This document shows, piece after piece, positions 28,508 through 38,461 of a stretch of DNA of 64,000 nt. Both the position numbers and the translations under genes were made by a program. The stretch is taken from the NCBI GenBank assembly GCA_964346725.1, contig CAYFVM010000002.1, positions 80,326-144,325 of the forward strand, given 5' to 3'. Position 1 is the stretch's first letter; every line of letters starts with the position of its first letter. A model generated the notes under the pieces. That model was not told where the DNA came from, ran no database searches, and worked only from the letters and a program-made list of their open reading frames with translations. Source of the stretch: an uncultured Bacteroidales bacterium. GTDB taxonomy: Bacteria; Bacteroidota; Bacteroidia; Bacteroidales; UBA1715.

Positions 28508-29209
28508 TTATAGCGAATTAATAAAAGCATCAAACACTTTTGTGTTGCCTTCATATTCGGTAAGCATTCTCTCCGGATGAAATTGAAGCCCAACCAAGAA
28601 TTTGTGAGATGGCTCATAGACTGCTTCTATCAATCCATCAGCGCTTGTTGCCATTGGCATAAGTCCTTTACCTATATTTTCAATGCCTTGATGATGATAA
28701 CTGTTGACTTGTATTTGTTCTTGTGCATACCATTCAAATAGTGGAGTATTGGGCTTTATAGTGATGGTATGACGGAAATCATCGTAATTATTGTAATCAA
28801 TGTGTTTAACCTTTTCATTACCTTCGTTTACATCTTTATAAAGTGTGCCGCCAAGCATAACATTAATTATGTGCAAGCCACGACAAAATCCCATAATTGA
28901 TTTATTGTGTTGATATGCGTGTGTAAAACAAGTGGTTTCTATTTCATCTTTTACCGTATCAAGTTCTTCTGGATTTGGATATGCGCAGTTGTACAGCGAT
29001 GGATTCACATCACCGCCTTCTACCATAAGTATTCCATCATAGTCGCATAGATAGTGGGGTAAAACTTGTAATGTTTCTTTTGCAATGGGGATAATAATAG
29101 GCAGTACGTTGTGTTTGCAAAGAATTGATGCGTAAATTTCTGAAACCCAACCAACTCGTTTGTTTTTGCGGATAAGTCCACGACTTACGATTATTACTTT
29201 CTTTGCCAT
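28508..29209 (-). CDS. class-I glutamine amidotransferase-like hydrolase (peptidase C26 / gamma-glutamyl hydrolase-like)
   Basis: 233 aa. The nucleophile elbow GFCRGLHIIN and the LQFHPE histidine motif are present. Confidence 0.85.
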   Translation of the reverse strand: MAKKVIIVSRGLIRKNKRVGWVSEIYASILCKHNVLPIIIPIAKETLQVLPHYLCDYDGILMVEGGDVNPSLYNCAYPNPEELDTVKDEIETTCFTHAYQHNKSIMGFCRGLHIINVMLGGTLYKDVNEGNEKVKHIDYNNYDDFRHTITIKPNTPLFEWYAQEQIQVNSYHHQGIENIGKGLMPMATSADGLIEAVYEPSHKFLVGLQFHPERMLTEYEGNTKVFDAFINSL

Positions 29210-30013
29210 TTACGCCTTCTTAGGATCTACAAACAAGGTACCAATGTCTTTGCCATCGAATATGTCATAGAGTATTTCCGGTTTGTCACCATTAGCAATA
29301 ATAGTATCAATATTGTCTTTCTGGCATATTTTTACCGCCGAAATTTTTGTTGACATTCCGCCCGTTCCGAAACTTGTGCCGGCTGAGCCTGCTGCATTAG
29401 AGATTTCGTCGTTTACTTCTGTTATAATCGCAATACGTTTAGCAGCGGGATTTTTGCGTGGGTCTTTATCAAAAAATCCGTCAATATCAGAGAGAATAAT
29501 AAGTAAGTCCGCTTTGCAAATGCAGGCAACCATTGCCGAAAGAGTATCGTTGTCGCCAATTTCAATTTCATCGGTAGCAACGGTATCGTTTTCGTTTACA
29601 ATAGGCACAACTCCCATTTCAAGCAATTTTGCAAACGTATTTTCTGCATTTCTGTGCTTTTCTTTGTTTGTTATAACATCGTAGGTGAGCAATACTTGTC
29701 CAATGTTTATGTTATGTTCTGAGAAAAATTTTCGATATATTTTAGCGAGAATAGCTTGGCCAATAGCTGCCATAGCTTGTTTTCCCGGAATGGTGTTAGG
29801 ACGTTTCTTTTTCCCTAATTTACCCACACCTACAGCAATAGAACCTGACGAAACAAGAACTATCTGTTTACCTTGTGCCTGCAGTGTCGCAACAACATTT
29901 GTTATGTGTTCTATACGTCTAAGATTCAACTTCCCGTTGGGAAACGTGAGCGACGAAGTCCCGATTTTTATTACTATGCGCCGTTTGCTCGATAAAGTTT
30001 CTCTATAATTCAT
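29210..30013 (-). CDS. proB: glutamate 5-kinase (short form without PUA domain)
   Basis: 267 aa. IVIKIGTSSL, VLVSSGSIAVG, VPIVNENDTVAT.EI..GDNDTLSA and GTGGMSTK align by eye along E. coli ProB. The stop codon abuts the start of the C26 gene. Confidence 0.9.
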   Translation of the reverse strand: MNYRETLSSKRRIVIKIGTSSLTFPNGKLNLRRIEHITNVVATLQAQGKQIVLVSSGSIAVGVGKLGKKKRPNTIPGKQAMAAIGQAILAKIYRKFFSEHNINIGQVLLTYDVITNKEKHRNAENTFAKLLEMGVVPIVNENDTVATDEIEIGDNDTLSAMVACICKADLLIILSDIDGFFDKDPRKNPAAKRIAIITEVNDEISNAAGSAGTSFGTGGMSTKISAVKICQKDNIDTIIANGDKPEILYDIFDGKDIGTLFVDPKKA

Positions 30014-30032
30014 CTCTATTGTAAATGGGTTA

Positions 30033-30040
30033 CAAAGGTA
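30033..30040 (-). promoter_or_regulatory. -7 box TAccTTTG (proB / C26 / HAD operon)
   Basis: Reverse-strand TAnnTTTG match 19 nt upstream of the ATG at 30013. Confidence 0.45.
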
Positions 30041-30106
30041 TTATAAAATTGCGATTTTTTAATTTTTTGTTTCTGAATACATTTTTTAACAAACTATGTT
30101 TGTCTA

Positions 30107-32173
<2,067 letters not shown>

Positions 32174-32189
32174 CTAAAAAAATGAATAC

Positions 32190-33293
32190 CTAGTTGTTGC
32201 GAAAGCATTTTCCCGGTAAACAAGTTATTAATCCTTTGAATTCCATGTTGAGCAAGAGAGCTGACAGTTTGCTCATCGGTATACCACAGTCTATTGCGAT
32301 TATATCAATGGAAGAATCCGGTTTTTGGGTGAGGTAATCTGTGATTTTCTGTTCTTCGAGAGTGAGGTTTTCAAATAAAGATTGTTGAATGTGTTTTTCA
32401 GCGGACGTTTTTATATCCCAGTTGAGTAGTTTCTCCAAGTCATCTCCCGATTCTATAAGTGCGGCTTTGTTTTCTTTGATTAATTGATTGCAACCAACCG
32501 AACAACGATTTCCTATATTGCCTGGAAATGCGCACACATCGCGATTGTATTGGTTTGCTAAACTTGCGGTAATTAATGAACCACCTTTTGCTTTACTTTC
32601 AACTACAATAGTAGCATCGGAAAGGGCGGCAATAATTCTATTACGGCGAACAAAAAGTTTGCTATCAAATTTTGTCTGAGAGTGATATTCCGACATAACG
32701 CATCCTTGTTTTGAGATCGATTGTGCAAGTTCTATATGATTTACAGGTGAAATTTGTGCTAGTTGTGTGCCTAGTACGGCAATTGTTTGAAGACCGGCAG
32801 CCAAAGCTTCTCGGTGGGCGCAACTGTCAATGCCAAATGCAAGACCACTCACAATAGTAGGATTGTGGCGTTTTATGTCTTGTATGAGTTGCTTGCAACA
32901 TTGCCGTCCGTAGTCGGTAGCAGTACGCGTACCCACAATACTAATAAACTTTGAAGAATTAAAATCAGTATCTCCTTTGTAATAGAATAGCAGAGGAGCA
33001 TCTTCGCAATTTTTCATGCGATAGGGGTAATCATCTTCTGTGTAAACGAGGCTTTTTATATTGTTTTTCTCAATATATGCAAGTTCTTGTTCGGCTAAAG
33101 CAAGTACGTTGTTTTCTTTTATTTCCTTTACAATGGTTGGGCCAATGTTTGGTATTTTGCTTATTCGTGAGGACTTCTCTTTAAATATAAGTTCAGGGCT
33201 ACCGAGATACGAAATGAGCAATTTAGCTTTAATAGGACCCACCTCTTGCAGCATTGATGTTGCAATGTAATAGAATAATTCGTCTTGTTTCAT
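32190..33293 (-). CDS. dprA: DNA-processing protein DprA
   Basis: 367 aa. IVGTR..T.YG, SGLAFGIDSCAHREAL and VVES..KGGSLITA are typical of the DprA Rossmann-like domain. Confidence 0.9.
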   Translation of the reverse strand: MKQDELFYYIATSMLQEVGPIKAKLLISYLGSPELIFKEKSSRISKIPNIGPTIVKEIKENNVLALAEQELAYIEKNNIKSLVYTEDDYPYRMKNCEDAPLLFYYKGDTDFNSSKFISIVGTRTATDYGRQCCKQLIQDIKRHNPTIVSGLAFGIDSCAHREALAAGLQTIAVLGTQLAQISPVNHIELAQSISKQGCVMSEYHSQTKFDSKLFVRRNRIIAALSDATIVVESKAKGGSLITASLANQYNRDVCAFPGNIGNRCSVGCNQLIKENKAALIESGDDLEKLLNWDIKTSAEKHIQQSLFENLTLEEQKITDYLTQKPDSSIDIIAIDCGIPMSKLSALLLNMEFKGLITCLPGKCFRNN

Positions 33294-33300
33294 GACAAAG

Positions 33301-34281
33301 TTATTTCCCTTTGTCGTGATTTTTTAAGTACATGACAAATGGTATTGTTTTTATTAATTCAGATTGTGTGTTGTCGTCTGTAACATGGTAAAAATGGCGA
33401 ATAGGAGCAATTCCTTTTACCTCTTTGACTATTTCCATAGTGGTATTGTTTAGATACCAATCTTCTATGAATGCAAGTCCTTTAATTTCTTTAAAGTCTA
33501 TGTCTTTGTCAACGCAAATAGAGTCGAGTTCTCCTGTTTCATCGTTGACTGTTGTGTAGCAGTCTGTTTCTTTTCCTAACGATTCAAGAACCTCGTTAAG
33601 GTTTCGCGGTTGCAATGAATCGCGAAAATTGAAACTGTAACAAGGAACTGTGCCACTGATAGCTTTTTCAATAATAGTTTTAACAACCTGATTAACTTGT
33701 ATGTTTTCAAGAAATTCAGGATTATCAATATTTACGAGCGAAACCTCATAGGAAACATCTTTTGCTAAAAGAGTTAGTTTAGGCCTTTTTGTTTTTGTTG
33801 TGTCCTTAAATTCATATCGTGCAACGATTGATTTTGTGGGAATCTCACTTCTATACTCATCCTTTCGTATGAATTCACGGACAAGAGAATACGAAGTTAC
33901 TTTTTTCGTCATTAAAAATTGTGCCGAATCGAAAGCCCATTCTTCTTCAAATAATAAAGATTTTTGTTCATCAAGAGAAAATTCGTCTTTGAATTTTGTT
34001 TGAATGTCTTCTTTGTTACAAACGATGTCTGAGAAAGGAAGATATGCCGTAATTTCGCCACGGAGAGTTTTTTCTTGGAGTGTGGTGACGAGTTTTGCAT
34101 AGTCAATAGATTTGAAGAAAAAATACTCCTTTGGAATATACATTTCTTGAGCATAGGTAATGCACGATTTAGGAGCAATAAAATTGTTTACAAATGTGTC
34201 GGTTTTTTTCTCGATACGTTTGTGATTGCACGAAGAAAAGACTATTAAACTTGTTATTATGAAGGTTAATAATTTCCTCAT
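33301..34281 (-). CDS. lipoprotein of unknown function with an internal duplicated motif
   Basis: 326 aa. Lipobox VFSSC. Two similar segments are visible (LLFEEEWAFDSAQFLMTKKVTSYSLVREF and LAFIEDWYLNNTTMEIVKEVKGIAPIRHF). It is tightly packed in the dprA operon. Confidence 0.65.
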   Translation of the reverse strand: MRKLLTFIITSLIVFSSCNHKRIEKKTDTFVNNFIAPKSCITYAQEMYIPKEYFFFKSIDYAKLVTTLQEKTLRGEITAYLPFSDIVCNKEDIQTKFKDEFSLDEQKSLLFEEEWAFDSAQFLMTKKVTSYSLVREFIRKDEYRSEIPTKSIVARYEFKDTTKTKRPKLTLLAKDVSYEVSLVNIDNPEFLENIQVNQVVKTIIEKAISGTVPCYSFNFRDSLQPRNLNEVLESLGKETDCYTTVNDETGELDSICVDKDIDFKEIKGLAFIEDWYLNNTTMEIVKEVKGIAPIRHFYHVTDDNTQSELIKTIPFVMYLKNHDKGK

Positions 34282-34283
34282 CT

Positions 34284-34823
34284 CTATTTATATTGGTTTC
34301 TCGTGATAAAACGAATAGTAAGTACGACAGATTTAGCATTTAAGCGATATCTATTTGCCTCTCGTACATAATTTTTGTAGTAAGCTTTTATAGATGGTCT
34401 CCATTCTATGCAAATATTGATAGGAACTTTATCAAAAGAGTAACCTGTTCCAATAGATGCTACTGGTCCAAAATAATATTTTTCAAGAGACGTTTCTATT
34501 TCTTTATTTGCAGACATGTAGCCACCAAAAATACCAAGACCGCTATACCAACGAAGGTTTGAAGCAACATTAGGGTATGGGGCAACGTATTTTGCAAGGA
34601 TTGCTCCTTCATATATGACAGTAAAATCAGTGATTGCCATCATATTTATACCAAACTGTGGCGAAAAAAAACCTTCATAATCTAAACCGGCAAGATATGC
34701 TTCAGCACTTGCAATTTCACCGCGAAATCCAAATCCATTTCTGTACCATTTTTGGTTGTCACGTTGTGCAAATGAGCTTAATGTGCAAAGGCTTATTGTT
34801 AATATACATAAAAGTTTCTTCAT
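34284..34823 (-). CDS. small outer-membrane beta-barrel protein (unknown family)
   Basis: 179 aa with a signal peptide ending SFAQ and alternating aromatic/glycine beta-strand pattern. Confidence 0.6.
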   Translation of the reverse strand: MKKLLCILTISLCTLSSFAQRDNQKWYRNGFGFRGEIASAEAYLAGLDYEGFFSPQFGINMMAITDFTVIYEGAILAKYVAPYPNVASNLRWYSGLGIFGGYMSANKEIETSLEKYYFGPVASIGTGYSFDKVPINICIEWRPSIKAYYKNYVREANRYRLNAKSVVLTIRFITRNQYK

Positions 34824-35321
34824 TTACTTAGTATATTGGTTTAACAAATCTTTTATCTGTTGAATGTCTTCTTCTTCAAGTGAATTGAGACTTATGGCAG
34901 GATATTTTGCCATTTGGTTGTTTCCCATTTTTTGGTACAGAATCAAATCAGTGTCTTTGTCGTTTTTGACAATTTCGTACTTTCTGAACGCATCAAATGG
35001 AATCTTGTATGTATTGCATTTTTGCATCAGCAGTTGAATGTGGTAAAAACGAAATACAAGATTTTGCTTGTCTTCATCAGATATGTATATAAAATTGAGA
35101 CGTTGTTTGTGTCTCAAATAAATAACTAAGGCATAGATCCCAATTGCAACAAGAATAAATAAAGTGGATTGGAGAGCATTTAATGGGTTGATTTCTACAC
35201 CAAATTCGCGTAAAAATGTTGCGGAAAGTGGAATGTATACACAGATTGTTGTAATACCAACAACTCCAATTGTTTTCCAAATTTTAAGTTTACTAGCATA
35301 TTGTTCGTTATGTATTACCAT
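34824..35321 (-). CDS. two-TM membrane protein with a small soluble C-terminal domain (unknown)
   Basis: 165 aa with two hydrophobic helices followed by about 90 soluble residues. Its stop abuts the next start. A TAtaTTTG box lies 23 nt upstream. Confidence 0.55.
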   Translation of the reverse strand: MVIHNEQYASKLKIWKTIGVVGITTICVYIPLSATFLREFGVEINPLNALQSTLFILVAIGIYALVIYLRHKQRLNFIYISDEDKQNLVFRFYHIQLLMQKCNTYKIPFDAFRKYEIVKNDKDTDLILYQKMGNNQMAKYPAISLNSLEEEDIQQIKDLLNQYTK

Positions 35322-35344
35322 TTATCTCCGAAAAATGTTTATTG

Positions 35345-35352
35345 CAAATATA
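35345..35352 (-). promoter_or_regulatory. -7 box TAtaTTTG (envelope trio / dprA string)
   Basis: Reverse-strand TAnnTTTG match 23 nt upstream of the ATG at 35321. Confidence 0.45.
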
Positions 35353-35396
35353 TGGAAATGTTGACACATTAGTTTACATATTAAATTTAAAAAAAC

Positions 35397-35404
35397 TATT
35401 TTTG
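35397..35404 (+). promoter_or_regulatory. -7 box TAttTTTG (ychF)
   Basis: TAnnTTTG match 16 nt upstream of the ATG at 35421. Confidence 0.45.
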
Positions 35405-35420
35405 CAAAAAATAATAATTT

Positions 35421-36518
35421 ATGGGATTAAAATGCGGGATAGTAGGGTTGCCTAATGTTGGGAAATCGACTTTGTTTAATTGTTTGACGAATGCAAAAGC
35501 ACAAGCAGCGAATTTCCCGTTTTGTACTATAGAACCAAATGTTGGAATGATTACTGTTCCAGACAGTAGATTGAATGAGTTGGAAAAACTTATACATCCG
35601 GAAAAGGTTGTTCCTACAACAGTAGAAATTGTTGATATAGCAGGGTTAGTAAAAGGGGCTAGCAAAGGAGAGGGCTTAGGAAATAAATTCCTAGCTAATA
35701 TCCGTGAAACCGATGCAATTATTCATGTCTTGCGTTGCTTTGAAAACCCCAATATAACACACGTAGATGGCTCTATCAATCCTGTGCGTGATAAAGAGAC
35801 TGTTGATATGGAGTTACAATTTAAAGATCTAGAATCGGTTGAATCTCGTTTATCTAAAATAGAAAAGCAAGCACGTGCGGGAGGAGACAAAGAAGCAAAA
35901 AATACTTGTGATATTTTAACTCGAGTTCGCAGTGTGTTACAAAAAGGACAGTCTGCTCGTACATTAAATCTTGATGATGAGGAAAAGGCTGCTATATATG
36001 ATTTGCATTTATTGACGTTGAAACCGGTTATGTATGTATGCAACGTAGATGAAACTGGTCTTAATGGTAATGCGTTTGTTGATGCCGTTAAAGAATCAAT
36101 TAAAGAAGAGGAAGCAGAAGTTTTAGTTTTGGCTACCGCTTTAGAGGCAGAAATTGCGGAATTAGAATCACAAGAAGATAGAGAATTGTTCCTACAAGAT
36201 GTTGGTTTGGATGAGCCAGGAGTTAATAAATTGATACGAAAAGCGTATTCTTTATTAAATCTTGAAACATTCCTTACAGCAGGACCAAAAGAGGTACGTG
36301 CGTGGACCTATCATAAAGGAGCAAAAGCTCCGCAAACAGCTGGTGTAATTCATACTGATTTTGAAAAAGGTTTCATTAAGGCAGAGGTTATTAAATACGC
36401 TGATTATATTGCCTTAGGCTCTGAGGCGGCTGTAAAAGAAGCGGGGAAAATGTCAATAGAAGGGAAGGACTATGTGGTCCAAGATGGCGATATAATGCAC
36501 TTTAAATTTAATGTATAG
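35421..36518 (+). CDS. ychF: ribosome-binding / redox-regulated ATPase YchF
   Basis: 365 aa. MGLKCGIVGLPNVGKSTLFN and the C-terminal TGS domain ending DGDIMHFKFNV are present. Confidence 0.95.
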   Translation: MGLKCGIVGLPNVGKSTLFNCLTNAKAQAANFPFCTIEPNVGMITVPDSRLNELEKLIHPEKVVPTTVEIVDIAGLVKGASKGEGLGNKFLANIRETDAIIHVLRCFENPNITHVDGSINPVRDKETVDMELQFKDLESVESRLSKIEKQARAGGDKEAKNTCDILTRVRSVLQKGQSARTLNLDDEEKAAIYDLHLLTLKPVMYVCNVDETGLNGNAFVDAVKESIKEEEAEVLVLATALEAEIAELESQEDRELFLQDVGLDEPGVNKLIRKAYSLLNLETFLTAGPKEVRAWTYHKGAKAPQTAGVIHTDFEKGFIKAEVIKYADYIALGSEAAVKEAGKMSIEGKDYVVQDGDIMHFKFNV

Positions 36519-36521
36519 TCA

Positions 36522-37127
36522 ATGTCTATTTCAGAAATTATATTGGTTTTTGATTATGTAGGAACGTTTGCTTTTGCAATAAGTGGTGCATTGGCTGCTG
36601 CTCGAAAGCATTTTGATTTATTTGGTGGCATTTTTTTAGGCTTTGTAACCGCTATTGGAGGTGGAACTCTTCGAGACATGATGCTACATTCTCAAGTTGC
36701 TTGGCTACATAATATCATGTATTTTTACATAGTCTTAGTCGCTGTATTTTTAACTTTTTTGTTCCACAAGACTATTGAGAAATATTCAAAAACATTGTTT
36801 CTCTTTGATACAATTGGAATTAGTGTTTTTACTATAATTGGGATGCAAAAAGGTCTTTCTCTTGACATACATCCAGTTCTGGCGGTAATGATGGGCATTC
36901 TCACTGCCGTATTTGGAGGCATTGTACGTGATATGATGTGTGTAGATATTCCACTGATATTTAGAAAAGAAATATATGCTACAGCATGCTTGGTTGGCGG
37001 ATGCTTCTATTTGTTACTATTGTGGTTGGGGTGCAATGATTTTGTTTCAGTGCTGGTAGCATCTATCATCATTTTTATTGTTCGCACGTTGAGTGTGGTT
37101 AAAAATTGGTCGTTGCCAAAATTCTAG
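36522..37127 (+). CDS. trimeric intracellular cation channel family protein (UPF0126/YadS)
   Basis: 201 aa with a duplicated motif (GTFAFAISGALAA..GGGTLRDMML and GGIVRDMM) and seven TM segments. Confidence 0.85.
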   Translation: MSISEIILVFDYVGTFAFAISGALAAARKHFDLFGGIFLGFVTAIGGGTLRDMMLHSQVAWLHNIMYFYIVLVAVFLTFLFHKTIEKYSKTLFLFDTIGISVFTIIGMQKGLSLDIHPVLAVMMGILTAVFGGIVRDMMCVDIPLIFRKEIYATACLVGGCFYLLLLWLGCNDFVSVLVASIIIFIVRTLSVVKNWSLPKF

Positions 37128-37169
37128 CGCAAAGTTCGCTTAAAAATCTAAAAATTCGTATAAATAAAA

Positions 37170-37197
37170 AAAGCTCTATCTTTTACAATAGAGCTTT
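37170..37197 (-). terminator. terminator between convergent TRIC-family and rpmE genes
   Basis: AAAGCTCTAT (37170-37179) pairs with ATAGAGCTTT (37188-37197). On the reverse strand the stem is followed by TTTTTTT. Confidence 0.7.
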
Positions 37198-37229
37198 CCC
37201 CAATTATTATGAAATCTTTTTTGTTGCTA

Positions 37230-37502
37230 TTATTCTTTTGTTGGAGCAACTTTTTCGTAGTGTGCTTTGTATTTGTTACGGAATTTATCAACACGACCAG
37301 CTGTATCAACAAATTTCATCTTACCTGTGAAGAATGGGTGTGAAAAACTAGAAATTTCTAGTTTAATAACTGGATATTCTACATTGTCAACAGTAATTGT
37401 TTCTTTTGTTGGCGCACATGAACGAGTAATAAATACTTTGTCATTTGACATATCCTTAAATGCTACTAAGCGATAGTTGTCTGGATGAATACCTTTTTTC
37501 AT
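37230..37502 (-). CDS. rpmE: 50S ribosomal protein L31, type B (no zinc-binding cysteines)
   Basis: 90 aa, MKKGIHPDNY...SSFSHPFFTG..VDTAGRVDKF. The CxxC pairs are missing. Confidence 0.9.
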   Translation of the reverse strand: MKKGIHPDNYRLVAFKDMSNDKVFITRSCAPTKETITVDNVEYPVIKLEISSFSHPFFTGKMKFVDTAGRVDKFRNKYKAHYEKVAPTKE

Positions 37503-37543
37503 TGTCTATGAATTAATTATATAACTTCCTTGTTTTAGTGGTG

Positions 37544-37551
37544 CAAAGATA
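37544..37551 (-). promoter_or_regulatory. -7 box TAtcTTTG (rpmE)
   Basis: Reverse-strand TAnnTTTG match 41 nt upstream of the ATG at 37502. Confidence 0.45.
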
Positions 37552-37573
37552 CATAAAATATTTAAGTCCCAAA

Positions 37574-38458
37574 TTATTTTATGCTTTTCTCTTTCTTATT
37601 TTTATTTTTTCGTGCCGGTTCTTGATCCTGAGGAGTTTGTTCTCCAAAAATATAAGATTCTGGATTGTCTATAAAGTCTTGAGGATCGGTGTGCTTACCT
37701 TGTTGATTCAATATTTCTTCGTCAATAATTTTTGTTTGGGCACGTTCGAATTCGTCTTCGTTTAGAATTTTACCATTGGAATATTCTATTGTAATTTTTA
37801 TAGTGCCATCTTCTTTATAATATATCCATTTTCCGTCGCGCACGTTGTTTTTGTATGCTCCGGTAATATGAGGTTTGCCGTCTGAAAAATATACTAAGAA
37901 TTCTCCGTTCAATTTGTCTTCAATGAATTTGGCTTTTTGGCGAATTTGGCCATTTTCATAAAACCACAACCAGTCGCCATGTTTTAAACTATCTTTCCAA
38001 TATTTAATTTCCATTGGTTGGTTTTGTTGTGTTTGCCAATAAATAACACTTTTACCGTCAAGTTTTCCATGGTTATAGCTTTCTTCCATTATAACCTTGT
38101 CGCCATTGCCGTAGTATGTCCAGATGCTGTCTTTCTTTTTTGCATAATATGTGCCTCGTGCTGAAAGAGTACCTTCAACATCGAACATGGTAACCTTTAC
38201 TTTATTATGATCATTTGGCGAGTAATACATATCATATTTAAGAACACCATTGTCATGGTATTTTTTTACTTGTCCAATTGGAATATCATTTTTGAAATAA
38301 CCTTCAAATTTGTTTTTCCCATTTGGGTATTTTTGAATCCAATGTCCTTGTTTCTTTCCATTGGCATCCATGTAGTTTAGTGTATCGTTTTGTGCAAAAA
38401 CTGCAATTGATACAAAGACGAAAATTAGTGCAAAGGTTATTTTTTTCATGATACTCAA
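37574..38458 (-). CDS. MORN-repeat (YwqK-like) protein with signal peptide
   Basis: 294 aa with a repeated G.W..Y..NG motif (GHWIQKYPNGK, GDWLWFYENGQ, GKWIYYKEDGT) and a basic C-terminal tail. Confidence 0.75.
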   Translation of the reverse strand: MSIMKKITFALIFVFVSIAVFAQNDTLNYMDANGKKQGHWIQKYPNGKNKFEGYFKNDIPIGQVKKYHDNGVLKYDMYYSPNDHNKVKVTMFDVEGTLSARGTYYAKKKDSIWTYYGNGDKVIMEESYNHGKLDGKSVIYWQTQQNQPMEIKYWKDSLKHGDWLWFYENGQIRQKAKFIEDKLNGEFLVYFSDGKPHITGAYKNNVRDGKWIYYKEDGTIKITIEYSNGKILNEDEFERAQTKIIDEEILNQQGKHTDPQDFIDNPESYIFGEQTPQDQEPARKNKNKKEKSIK

Positions 38459-38461
38459 ATA

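Noticed and set aside
29283-30008. Two consecutive forward ORFs (133 and 107 aa) antisense to proB.
   Set aside because: ProB aligns along its whole length with the known enzyme, so the antisense frames are shadows.
37106-37330. A 74-aa forward ORF spanning the TRIC/rpmE intergenic terminator.
   Set aside because: It runs through a strong terminator hairpin and antisense into rpmE, and has no supporting features.
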